Assembly (NCBI GenBank): GCA_900617105.1
Contig: UYFQ01000013.1
Location: forward strand, 1-64,000
Length of the DNA: 64,000 nt
Direction of reading: 5' to 3'
Source: Hydrurus foetidus
Lineage: Eukaryota
Shown one piece after another: positions 34,164-47,300 of the stretch. The position numbers and the translations under genes are program-made. Positions within the stretch are counted from its first letter, which is position 1; each line of letters starts with the position of its first letter. Below the pieces are notes generated by a model. That model was not told the origin of the DNA. It ran no database searches and worked only from the letters and a program-made list of their open reading frames with translations.

Positions 34164-34751
34164 GATAAAGTCTTTAAAGGCTTCTTATTATCTTGGTAAA
34201 ACCGTTCCTTTAGGGATAACTGATCCCGGTACTGAACTGGTAGGTTGCTAGTGATTCGTTGAGAATACACCCTGTGAAATGCTAGCCTAGCCAGAGCAGC
34301 AGAAAAGTCAACTAGTGTAGGTATAATGACGTGATGTCATATAGTCTCTTTTAATAAGAAGTGGTTAGCATGTCAAAACATCCACTTCATCAGCTGTATA
34401 CTAACTGCTAGTATGCTACTTGGTGTGATTCATCACTCCAACATTTCATTCCTGATGTGACCGCGGGTTGGTGTATAGTATCAACCGGTCTAAGGAATCA
34501 TAAAACGTATGCCTAAGCTACAACTATCCGGACTGGATATCGCTCATGATATTATCCCCAAAGGGATTCCTAGTCTACGCATATCCCAACACAAGGCAAC
34601 GTCCATCCGCAGCAGAAGAAATGCAACCCACAGTCTTCCCTCCACATTACAACGGCACTGAAAGCAATTTTGTTAAGCCCAATGTCATTCTTATGGAGAT
34701 TTCGCAACTCCTGTGACTTCTGATCCATGACAATCTGAAAAAAATTGAGTG

Positions 34752-35600
34752 ATGGAAAAGCACTCTACTTTGCTGGTGTCGAATCACGTCGAATTGGATG
34801 AATTCATGGCCTCCAGTGAAGGCCACAAGCTCCTGGCCCTTGATGTTGAAGGAGTCCGTATATCCAGAACAGGAGAAGCGACTCTTGCTGTAGTAGGAGT
34901 GCAAACTCCAATCCGTGTCGAGGTCTACCTCTTTGATCTGCTAGATGAGACAGTCGAACATTACATCCGACAAATGAGCACATTAAAAAGTGTTCTGGAG
35001 GATCCATCAATAATCAAAATAATGCATGACTGCCGCCAAAAAAGCGACGCAATGAATGAACTCTTTGGCTTTAAGATCGCTGGAGTCTTCGACACGAGTG
35101 TTTACAACATGTATTTAAGCGGTTCAGCAGGACGCGACAGCTTGAACAACTCTCTATCTTTCTACGGCTGCGAAACCAACAGAGCACGGGAGAAGCCCAA
35201 TGCGTTTCATGCCGAGAACGGCACAATCTGGGGCAATAGGCCCTTAACAAAAGAACAAATTCTGTGCGCATCTTCAGACGTATCGTCACTTTTTGATCTC
35301 CGCAGAAAAATGGTAGCCTTTGTACCACCGGAAAGAAAAGCCGAAATTCAATTAGCATCGGAAAATGCCCTCGATGAATTTCGATCCCTTCGCTGGCTAG
35401 AAGACATTCAGATTGCTCAGGAAAGAATGGGCAGGGTGATCGGAATGGGCGGCAGCGGCATCGAGAGCATTCGAGGATTGAGTGGCGCAACAATTAATAA
35501 TTGCTTTGGTGGAGGATTCCGAATCATGGCAAAGGATAAAATGGGAATCACAATCGCGAAGAAAATGATCATAGGAAGGAGTTCATTGACGAAAAATTGA
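34752..35600 (+). CDS. EXD1/Egalitarian-like DnaQ-type 3'-5' exonuclease domain plus C-terminal KH domain
   Basis: ALDVEG (ExoI), VYLFDLL, KIMHDCRQKSD, VFDTSV, WGNRPLT...ASSDV; KH MGRVIGMGGSGIESIR; single intact exon. Confidence 0.85.
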   Translation: MEKHSTLLVSNHVELDEFMASSEGHKLLALDVEGVRISRTGEATLAVVGVQTPIRVEVYLFDLLDETVEHYIRQMSTLKSVLEDPSIIKIMHDCRQKSDAMNELFGFKIAGVFDTSVYNMYLSGSAGRDSLNNSLSFYGCETNRAREKPNAFHAENGTIWGNRPLTKEQILCASSDVSSLFDLRRKMVAFVPPERKAEIQLASENALDEFRSLRWLEDIQIAQERMGRVIGMGGSGIESIRGLSGATINNCFGGGFRIMAKDKMGITIAKKMIIGRSSLTKN

Positions 35601-36716
35601 TTCTCACGTTTTTTTTAAATTGATCATGTTACCCTGCTTTTCGTGTTGAAAATCTACGTCGAACAGTCAACCGTTAACCGTATTCAACCGTTCACCGTAT
35701 TCTATTTCAATCTTACAGCATCAAATTTGATGGACAAATCTCTGTGAGCGCTCATTAGAGCGGATTCGTTTTATTATGTGCATTGTTAGTTTTGTTACTC
35801 AGTACTGTCAGTTCGGTTCAATGCTATAACAATCAATGCTACTGGTATGGATGTAGTACAGTACAGTAGAACGTTTTTCTTAATCATCGTAGGAAAATTC
35901 TGTATATAATCATATCAAATCGGTAGTTCAGAGTAATCGCAGCCTAGTGTAACTACAGCTAAGATAATCGTTATCAATTAGTCTAGTGTATTAAATCGCT
36001 TTCTATATCTAATAAAGTGTACATACGTTTTGAAGATTGTTACGCGTTTTTAGCTGCATATAGTGCGATATTCTGTTGTAAGAAATTCTTTTCTGACTGA
36101 TTTCTTTGCGGAGGAAATTATTCTTGAACTAGCCTTGAAAATGATCACAAGAGAGACTGTGATCCAAGAAAATGATAATCAGAATCGAACAGATAGCATC
36201 ACAGGACATGGTACTAATGCAAGAATTGAAAATTGCCTAGCAGAGAAAAAAGAGGAATCATTAATTCTGCTGAGGGGTTCCTCATTTAGCAAAATTACAG
36301 AATTTGCATCAAATTTATCTCTCGGTTTCTTTCCCACACACTTATTTCTTCAAAAAATGCTAGCTCGAAATCTTTCATCTAACTTCGAAGGGTCTATTCT
36401 GTTCATTTCAATCTATCAGATTGTTTCGCTAAAACCCATGACTCCCTGAACCCTACCCTAACACTAAATCTGGGAACCTGACTTTTTGTATGAATGGAAT
36501 ACAAAATACAAAAATACAGTAGAAAATAGGTACTTCTGCTTCTGTTCGTTCAGGCCGATGCCGATGGCTGGGATGGTTGGATAGAGAGCAAGTAGATTAG
36601 CATTGATAACTGCCACTCTCAACTAGCACTCAACTTTGGACACTGAGGGCCAATTGCCTCTATAAGGATTAAACTTTGAGCCTGTTTTTGATTTTTTTGC
36701 AAGAACGTGCAAGGCG

Positions 36717-39700
36717 ATGAAAAATCACGACAGTTTATTTCCCTCATACTACTTCAGGGATGATGATGCAGCTGTTTTTCTTGAATCAGATCATTGGAAT
36801 GACTCAACGATTGTGATGAGGGCCGCTGGGGAGAGTGATGATGTGAGTTTTGGAACTATCACTGGAAGCAACGAACTCGTTAACCTTCTGCGAAGAGCGA
36901 AAGCAGTTTCAAGCTCTTTTGGAAGAAAGAAGTTTGAGGAGCTGCGAGGGAAAACAAACTACTACGAAGGCCTTGGCAAAGGATGTTTCCTTAATCGATC
37001 TGCGATGAAATTGGTTAATTTGGATTATGTCTTTTCGCTTATTGAACCTACACTTGCAAGCTATGCAACGTCCTCGAATGAGAACAGAAACGGAGCAGAA
37101 CTTCGCACAGAACATGGAGTAAACCTCCAGCAATTGGCAGCAAGGCCTCACTTCTCATTCGTTGATCTTTGCGGCGGTCCTGGAGGATTCATAGAATGCA
37201 TCGTTCTGAAATGCAGATACTTAGGAATAGCTGTTACTGGATTCGGAATGACCCTTCTGATCGGAGATGAAGAACCCGGATTCCGAGGAATAATGAAGGC
37301 TTGTAATTGGAATATTTCTCATCTTCAAGACCCTCCATATTCGGTCATTATATCTGATGAAAAAGAATCTTCTGAGGGATTGAGAACGGAAAAATCAAAG
37401 GTGATAAATAGCACAGAAAGTGGTGTGATGAATTATGATCATGATAAAGTCGAAAATACTGACACTCTTGAAGAAAAGAAGAGGCAAAGCAACGAACGAA
37501 ACAAGTGTGAAGTCTCACATACAGGTGTTGGGAAAGATGAGAGTGAGTGTCGAGTGTATCTGGTTGGTGGCGTGACAGGCACAGGGGACATATGTGAGAA
37601 AACAAATTTAAATTCACTACAATCTTTATTGCAGCTAGAATTGCCAATATTAGAAATAGAGGAAAATGATGAAAATAATAATGATGTCACGGAAATGAGC
37701 AGTGGTGATAGATATTGTAACGATGACAAAAAGTATGATGAAAAGAACAAAAAAGGAGAAAGCAATAATAATGAGGACAAAAATATAAATAGAGATAATA
37801 CAAATAACAATGAAATGAAAAACGAAGTAATGAATGACCAAAAATATGTTTCTTTTGTATGCAGTGATGGATTTGATCACGAAACAGAAGCTTTTAGAAT
37901 TGTCCTTTGCCAAGTAATCGGAATGATAAAAACATTAAAAGTCGGAGGAAATTTTATCATGAAAGTTTTTTCATGCACGAAGGTATTTTTCGTTTTTCAA
38001 GTGATTGATACACGTACTTGACATTTTTATTCTTTCTGTAGCATCAATTTTAAGGCGAAAATGAATCTTTCAGTTGTCTACAAAAAAATTCGCATAATTT
38101 TTTTGTACAGTTATTTTCTTATTTTGTGTTTTGAACAATTCCATTTAGAATCCAATACGAAATTCACATTTATGACATCGAGATTCATGATTAGAACGCA
38201 AGAAAACATGCTTTGATTTTCACTGCAAACGTAGCACTTTTAAAGATGTTTCTTTGGACCTCTTCAATCGCATCTTTTTTATGTTTTCTTCATCAGATAC
38301 ATACGCTGAAACTTTTTATTCTACTAACCCAATTATTCCAGAAAGTTTCGTTAACTAAGGTAACAAACCAACTTCGTTTTGCTTATTTTGATTTGTTTTA
38401 TTTAGTTTTTGGATAAGGAGAAATTTATTTTCATTTTTATGTCCTCTCCTATATTTTTAACAACTGCTGTGTTTTCAGATTTTGTCATCGTCATTACTTT
38501 TTATGTGATCTTCATTTCATCATCACATCAGTGATATTTACAATTGCGCTCATGTCAATGTTGCCATCATTATGTGTTCATTTTTCCTTCATCGCTTCCT
38601 ATCACTTTGTTACTCTTGAAATTAAATCAATCATATTTTGTTATTTATTTACTCCCACGTTGTAATTTTTAGTCTTGAATTACACATTCTGACATGTTTG
38701 AAAATTTTCATTGTACCTGACAGCCCGTAACTAGTCGGCCAGTAAGTGGGGAGAGATTTCTAGTATCGCTGAATTTCCGTGAAATCAATATCGGTGAAAG
38801 GGAACTTATTGAACAAAAATTGTGGGAAGTGTGTGCTGAAATTGAAGTATGGGAAGAAAAGAGAAAAAAGGTGGTTAGTGATCAAAATCTAAATAGCAAA
38901 ACAAATGAAAAAGGTGACATTATTTCTGATACAGTTTCAAGCGACACAGTTGATAGTGTAGAGAAAAGTGGCATAGATTCAGATACCAAAACTGAAAAAG
39001 TAGAAAAAGTGGAAAGTGACGATAATTTTGTCATTTCTTGGCCTTTTTTAATTTCACAAGAAAATTGTGAACGTTGTACCAATTATTTATCATCGATAAA
39101 TAATTCACATATAATAACACAATTAATCTCGCACTATAAAATAATAAAATTGGCGACTGATAATGGTTGTGCTATAGCAGACGAAAATATTTTGATGGAA
39201 ATAGGCAAAGTTCAACTTCCTGATTGCCGCGATTTCATAGATTTAGATGCTGAAAAAGACAGAAAAAGCTACTCTGATTATTATAGTGATGACGATACTG
39301 AAAATAGTGAAGAAGAGGAAGAATACGAATATGAATTTTTTAACAGTAATTACAGTATGGCGGAAAAAAAATGCGGAACTAAAAAAACTAATAAAAGAAG
39401 GATAGCAAATAACAAAAAAAGAAGATTGAATAAAAAGAATAAATTATTGTATTCACAAATGAGAAGGGTAGAAGAGAATGAAGAGTATGAGGACAGTGCA
39501 GCATTCGATGAGAACACGAGAAAAGTGTCATTTGATGTGAGTCCAAATAAATTTGTCACTACAAATGAAATCTGTGCCAAAAATACAGAAAAGAAGTCTA
39601 TAGAAAATCAAAATCAAATTCATGCAAACGATCACATTCAACCTGAAGCAACGAATACTACTCAAAATGTAAATGGAGGAAAACACGAAAATGTCTCTAT

Positions 39701-39863
39701 TTCCGTAGATATAAACACGAAACAAGTTACTACGAAGAAAATGAAGAAAACTCATTCAATTTGTATTTCTGATGTGGCTCTCAACGACGAAAAGAAAAAA
39801 CCAGTCAACGTAAATGAATATTATAAAACGTGGAGAATCTATGATTTAGATGTTGTTTACTGA
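36717..39863 (+). CDS. FtsJ/RrmJ-family, CMTR-like cap 2'-O-ribose methyltransferase; exons 36717-37982, 38297-38359, 38724-39863
   Basis: FLNRSAMKL, FVDLCGGPGGF, VCSDG, GGNFIMKVF and, across the splice, KPVTSRPVSGERFLV give the K-D-K-E tetrad; GT-AG junctions keep the frame. Confidence 0.85.
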
Positions 39864-40067
39864 TTTTAGATGATGCTAACCATTTTAGATTTTATTTCAT
39901 CTCCATGAATTTCCTATGTGATCCATTTCCGTAATTAAACAACATCTGAGACTCTCATTGGAATATTCTCACTTTGTAACTGATACGCCAAATGAGAAAA
40001 AACAAATTTGCTGTTACCTCTCCATCGTAAAGTTAAACAATTAACATTGAGACAGAGATATTGTCAA

Positions 40068-40153
40068 ATATCATGAGAGCAGAATAAAATGGTTCCTGTT
40101 AAGTATGGGGGCTCCATACTAAACAGGAACCATTTTATTCTGCTCCCGTAATA
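40068..40153. repeat. Near-perfect palindrome (foldback MITE-like)
   Basis: Core 40077-40145 has 34-bp arms GAGCAGAATAAAATGGTTCCTGTT... with two mismatches and a 1-nt loop. Confidence 0.85.
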
Positions 40154-41395
40154 TATCATGCAACTAATTTTTAAAATTGAGTCCACTTAAACACTATTTT
40201 GAAATTCTTCACCACTGACCGCTGTACCGCCATCTATTGCCAGATGTTCGGTCTGGGTATAGTCGTGCAGTCACTTGTTGATATGTCACGGTACATTCCG
40301 GATAATACCCGCGTAGTGCACGTACGTCCTGTATAGTACTTACTGAAAGAACAGCAGTGGCATATCTGGCGGCATTTTATCAAGGATCTCGATGTTCCTT
40401 TTCTATACAGTATAGTGTCAATAAATCCGTTCTTCATATCACTGCTCAGTTTCCGAGACTTAACGGTATGAGGGACTAAAGAACAAATCGAAATTAACGA
40501 CAGCACCATTACCGCTACGCTTGTCTAACGAAATATTCGTAAAACTAGAATTTTGCATTTTCATGATTTGAATACTTTTTAATTAAAAAAGTTCATAATG
40601 TTATATATGAAGTAATACAATAAATAGAATTTTGACATTTTGAAAAATACGAAATAAGAGTAACAATTATGACGAGTAAGAGGAAGTGAGAATTAGTCAT
40701 GCATAAAACCAGGTAACAAATATAAGTTACTCTAACAAAGAAGTTTCAATGCAAATTGATTCAGATAAAAGAAAACGAAAACAAAAAATACCGAATACAC
40801 CGTAACTTAAAAAAAGTAAAAAGAAAATCTATTTAGTTATTAAACAATGATTCACAAGACTGAGTACAATCTTCTAAAAGTCCATAAAGTATCTTATCCG
40901 TTATTTCTTCCGTTAATTCCGATAATTTGAAATTAAACTTTTGATTAAAATCATCAAAAATTTTCACTTCGACTAATTCTTGAATGTGTTTCACGCCTGA
41001 AATTAAAATTGAAAATACGAAAAGGAATTAATTTTTGACAGCACACTATTGTGTGGTGTTGTGTAGTATACGAAGATGTTCTGGTGTCGATTTTGAGCAA
41101 AGCAACCATTGGTTAATATCTTCTCTTCTCGTTATGACGTGCATTACTCTCACTTCAAGAAAAATACGCACACGTCATACGAGCATCCTACACAACACAA
41201 CACACCACAGTCCCCATCCCCCTCCCCCTTCCACACACACACACACTCACTCTCTCACACACACTCACACACTCACTCACTCACACTCACTCACTCACAC
41301 TCACTCACACTCACTCACTCACTCACCACTCACATCCCCCACCCCCACCCACACACATACAATATAAATGTGCCCCCTTCACACGTACGTACGTA

Positions 41396-44300
41396 CCTGT
41401 TCCGAGTTCAAGTGCTCTACATTCGTCCTTGGAGATCTTGGACTTTAAGATTCCAATTAATTCCGAAGAAGAAGCGGTCAGCGGAATGTTCTCCGACATT
41501 AGTCGAGTGGACAAATCGAATGACAGTGTGACTTGAGAGGGGGTTGTGTACACTTTGTGCCGTATGCTGTGCATGTCGGATAGAATGTCATTTATCCTAG
41601 GGGATGGGAATATAGATATCGAAAGAAAAAAACAAGTTAGTGGAGAGAAACTGGAAAATCATTGAGGAAGAAAAAAACTGTGAAAGGGAAAATCAAGAAT
41701 AGAAGGGAAAAAGAAGTTGAAAAGGATTGAGGTAAGAGAAGGGGAAGGGGGTCTAGTGAGTGAGGAAATGTAGTATGATAGGATAGAAGACCAGATGAGA
41801 AACAACAGATTTTGGTGGAAATCAAGAAGTCAAAAAGATTTTCATTTTGTCTCATCCTCATACCTGTCGAATACGGCTCGATCTAGAATCGGATTTGAAG
41901 TCCGTGATGACAGCTCTCTTTCTCTTTCTCTTTCTCTTTCTCTTCTCTCTTTTTTGCTTTGCACCTTCTTCTGTACCATTCGTTTCTCCATTTTCCTCAC
42001 CGTTTTCATCTAGTTCTTTTTTCTTATTTCTATTTTCATCTTCTTCCTCTTTCTTTTTTGAATTTATATTGACTCTTAAGTGTAGGGCATCAAAATGTTC
42101 GGAAGAAATTATGGCACCCTAAGAAATAAAATAAAATTGAAGTACAGAGAAAAAATGAGACAAAAGAAATTAATTTCAAAACGAAATATGAAGGAAAATT
42201 CAATTAGAATATTGGTGATAGATTACACACGTACGTATGATTTATATGTTGCACGTACCGTGTGTGTGGGGTTTAGTAGCGCTGCTTGAGCTCCTCGATA
42301 ACTGGGAGAAAGGAAGAACTCTTCAGTGAAATCCTACAGGGGCATAGATTAGATGCATAATAAGAAAAATTGATGACGGAGTAAAAAAAGTGACAGTGAA
42401 AAATATGACAGCGAAAAAAGAGCGAAAGAATGAGGACAAAGGTGCGACGAATGAGCAATCAAATTTCAACGATAAATAAATAAATGCGCGACTTTACACA
42501 TCTTGCAAATGAGACTTCGCGAAAAACTGTCACGCAGCAGCGACAACATGTTAAATATGTGTGATGTAACGTACGATTAATTGAGGCATCCAGTCCCGTA
42601 CGGACGAAGAAGGAGAAGAAGAAGTTGACGCAGCTTCGGCAACACTGAGAAAAGAAAAGGAAATAAATTTGCACGTGAGAAAATGAAATAAAAGATATTC
42701 AAGGATTGATGAGCGAATGGTAATAATTCATTTCAGAGTTTTAACAAAAAAGTCGAAATATGAAGTTGCCGCTATCTAGTGGTTGTGAAGAGAACAGAAA
42801 ATATGCATACATACATGAATACATGCATACGCTCACACATGAAGAAATAGAAGAAAATATAAATGTAGAAAAAGAGATACTCAAGGACAAACACGGTCAC
42901 GCACACACACATCAAGACACGCACGTATTGTGCGTACGGACGGCTAAAAAAGATTCTGCACATGACAAATACCTTTCTTTCGAATTCTTTGCATCCTGAG
43001 ATTTGACAACAGATTTACTCGCATTCACGGAAACGTCTTCAAATCCGTATAAATCATCCAAATCATAATCTAGCTCCTTTCTCGCACTTTCAGTCGTTTC
43101 TTTACTTTTTACTGTTTTTCCGAAAGACAAAGAAGGGAGATCGCCAAGACTAGAGAGAGATGATGGATTTGGCTCTAAATCCGTGTTTTTAATAACTGGA
43201 GAAATCGGTGATGATTCATTTACGGATTCTTCATTTTTGACAGAGTGTTCTTCTTTTTCTTCCAGTATTTCTTTTTCTGTTTCATTTTCCATTTCGTTTT
43301 CTATTTCTGTTGTTGATTCAAAAGAATTATCGTGGTCAGATTCATTTCCGTGATTTTCAGTGGTGGATTTTACTTCCGTCAAATCTGGTGTTTTACTGTC
43401 ACTCATTTTCGATGTTATCAATGTTTCGGATCTCTCTTTTTCATCCATAAGAAGACGTTGGAAAATAATGTTTGTAATTGATTCGATTTCTTTCTCCTTT
43501 TCTTCATCTTTCTCCTTTACTATTTCCTTCCCCTTTTCGCTTTTCTTTTCTTCCTCCTTACCAGTTACAAATTTTTTGTCCACCTTTCTATCATTCGACT
43601 CATTATCATCACCACTCCCCACGACTTCATTTTTATTGCCATTTTCGTTTTCGGTTTTTACCAAAGCGCTTTCGTTTTTCGTTTTCTCAATCCGATGAAA
43701 ATTCACATTTTCAATTACTACATTATCCGAAATCTCTTCAGTGAAATCTTTTTGAGAATTCTGTGGACGGTTCCTGGATCTAGATTCCAGAATATTGTCC
43801 GTAGTCTGATCCTCACAGTGGAACACTAGAAGGGGATTCGCAATCTTTCCCTCTACCTCTTTTTCTACCTTTTCTATCGATTGAATTAAGCTGTTTATTT
43901 CTTTTGTTGGTATTTCCGTCTTTCCTGTATTTTTCGTGACAACATTCGTTGTTTCTTTTTCTTTTTCTCTCTCGATTTCTTCTTCTTCTTCTTCTTCTTC
44001 CTCTCCTATTTCTGACTCAATCTCATCTTCATCATCTTCATCATCATTGTCGCCGTACATTTTATAAATGCTTTTTTTCTTGTCATTTACCTGCAACGCA
44101 GGTTCATTAAATATACCGACATTTTTACTGTTTTGCCTATCATTGCCATTATTCGAATCATCGTCATTTTGATGATCTGCATAATTCAACTCAGATAAAA
44201 CAGATTTCCGAGCAAAAAAATCGATTCCGTGATTTTCAGTGGTGCATTCTGACGGATTTTCGGAATTTAAATCGTCAAAATCGTCTTCATATCCGGATTG

Positions 44301-47300
44301 ATTTTCTTCAGAATTTTCATAATTTTCAAAATCTTCATTTTGAACAAGATTATTATCACTCTTCTTGGAATCTTCTCGACCCAAGGTCTCGTCCACAGCC
44401 ACTCCTCGCTCTACCTCTTTCTCCACCTCTCTTATTATTTCATTATTAATCACGATTGACTTTTCAGCAGTTTTTTCTTTTTCCGTGAGTACAACATGAA
44501 TTTCGTTTTCAGGACTCTGTCTTTCCTTGATATCAGCATCATACTTTCCAACTTCATTTCGAGTATCGCTTGCCTTTTCATCTTCTTTGGTCATACCTTC
44601 ATTATCTTCACTTTCCTCCATCGCGCTCTCGCTGTCACTTCCTTCATGACACCTAGTACCGTCAGTAGCATCATATTTATCACCAGTGATATCGTTTCTG
44701 CTATCATTATTATCATTGTCATTGACACCATCTCTTCTAATTTCGATTTCGTTAGTGTCATCATCATTAAGGCAGTCTTCATCATTATTGTTACTTCTCA
44801 TCTCTTCATCTTTTTTCAACGCAGCAATCTCCTCGTCTCTTTCTTTTTTATCATCCTTATCAAAGCTCTCTTCCTCTACCTCTTCCTGTCCCTCTAACTC
44901 TACCTCTTCACTTTCAATCACCCTATCTTTACCTACATCATTCTCCTTCTCTACCTCTTTCTCTTCCTCCTTCTTCTTCACTCCCTCTTCATCTCTGTGT
45001 GCTTTGCTTAACTCGACAATGCCTCGCATTCTATGCACCGCAAGCTGCATGTCCTCCACAAACTCGGGAGTCATCTCATCCCCCAAGGAATTGGAAAATA
45101 GTCCCCCTCTTATATCAGTGCGTACGTCACTGTGTTCCGATCGGAATGAATCTTCCGAAGCGAAGGAATCTTCTAGAACGTCATCTGAGAAAAGATGAGC
45201 ATTTTAGGGTTTTTTAGTTTGAACGTAGTCGATTTTGATATTAGAGAGAGCAGGAAGTGCAGACCCAAAGGGTGAAATGATGTGTAGACCCAAAGGGTAA
45301 AATGATGTGTAGACCCAAAGGGTAAAATGATGTGTAGACCCAAAGGGTAAAATGATGTGCAGACCCAAAGGGCGAAATGATGTGCACCACTGTGTTACAC
45401 AATATTCGAAAGTACAGAAGTCAGAGAATTTTGGCGCAAATAAGCCCCATCAGTAGAAGAGAAAATCCGTTATTCCTCGAATCTCCAAGTACGTGTGGAA
45501 CACATTAGGGCTCAAAAGAGTACAATACAACGCATTGCAAAACAACAGAAGGTATTCTACAATATAATGTGTTGCAATACATTCCAATATAATTCAATAC
45601 AGCGCAGTACAGTACAGTACAGTACAGTACAGTACAGTACAGTACAGTACAGTACAGTACAGTACAGTACAGTACAGTACAGTACAGTACAGTACAGTAG
45701 AATTTAGACCATACAATACATTAAGTAACAGTTCAACAAAATGAGATTAAATACAACACACCACAACACATTATGTAGGAACGTACTAACCTTCTACCCT
45801 CATCGTCACAGCATGATCAGATGGCAAATCTCCCCTCAAAATGTATTCTTCTATTTCCCTAATATGTCTCTTTCTATCATCACGAAGATCTTGAACTTGA
45901 TTCCGTGCTTGATAAGTACGTACACAATTTTGAATCGTACATGCTGCTTTTTCGGTTTTTATTTTTTGTTCTATTTTATTCGGTTGTACGGATTTTTGAA
46001 CGGACGTTTTCTTTGCCCATTTACTCAATTGAGAACGCCTACGGTAAAAAAAATATGACAAAATAAAAATAAAAATAAAAATAAAAAACGGAAAATTAGA
46101 TTCGATATTACACGTAAGCAGATTTCACAAAAAATGTAAAAAGAGAAAAATGTTCTGATAAGTTAAATAAAGTGAAAAGAACAAAGTGAAGAAAATAAAG
46201 TGAAGAAAATAAAGTGAAAAAAGTAAAGTGAAAAAAATAAAGTGAAGAAAATAAACTAAGAAAATAAAGTAGAATGAAGTTGTGGACTCAATAACAAGAA
46301 GCGATGTCAATTGATAGAAAAAACACTCACATTGGATTGACGAAATCTGCCGGTCCAGGTTCGTGATAGACGTCCTCAATAGAAGATTCGTAATTTCCGC
46401 TATATCGTTTTTCACCGATTTCAGAGCGATTTACAATTGGTTTTTTATTTACGGATTTGGGCTTATTTCGGTCCATTGGATTATCGGTGAATTGAACTTC
46501 TTCATCGATTTCGTATAAAGAGTTCTGAGGGAAAAATGGTAATAAATAATCAAAATAGAAAATGACAGGGGGAATACAGTAAATAATGATAAAATAAGAA
46601 TAATGACAAAATAAGAATAAAGTCATTATTCATTGCAGGAGACATAATGCAAAGAATGAAATTCATGAATGATTAGTGATAGAAGAAATTGAATTAATAT
46701 AGAGGATGTAGACTTGGTCAGATATGCAAATCAAAATGTAAAATACTATTAAGGCAAAAAAAATGCAATAAATTTAGTACTGTACAAGTCATTACTAAAA
46801 AGGAATATTTCAAGAAAAAAAGACAACATGATAAAACACAATAATTCAGTAAGTCACTTAGTATGATACTCGAATCTGTGCTAAAACAGTAAAAAAAGTT
46901 TGATAAAATTTGAATATTAATTATGTAGTGCTGATTATTTAGTACGACACTCACATCTTTGCTCGATCCCCAGCTGGCCACAAGAACTTCATCCTCTTCA
47001 TCCATCACTATCCTCTCTTCCTCGAGAGGCTCCGTAAGTACTTTCACCCACTCACGTACGTGCGCAGCAGCAATTGTACGTGCGTCATTTTTCATTTCTG
47101 TTTCCGTGTTTTTATCCTTCTCTTCCTGACGCAAAATTACGGTTTCTGTTTTATTTTCTGTTTCTGTTACAACAATTATTGCATCTTCTTCATTTATTAC
47201 ATTTGGATTATTTTTTTCATATAGCATTGCTTTTTCTTCTTTTTCAAATTCTTTTTTTAGTCGTTTTTCAATCTCAACTAAAATATCTCTTTCAGCCCTG

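Larger units (their letters stand above)
28674..34591 (-). mobile_element. Full-length young Ty1/Copia LTR retrotransposon
   Basis: 401-bp LTRs at 28674-29074 and 34191-34591 with two substitutions; 5-bp TSD CAAGG (28669-28673, 34592-34596); PPT AGGGGTG; domain order gag-PR-IN-RT-RH. Confidence 0.95.

Noticed and set aside
36448..36470. Telomere-like AACCCTACCCTAACACTAAA
   Set aside because: Only two or three degenerate units
41200..41360. His/Thr-rich ORFs
   Set aside because: Intronic CA/CACT simple repeats
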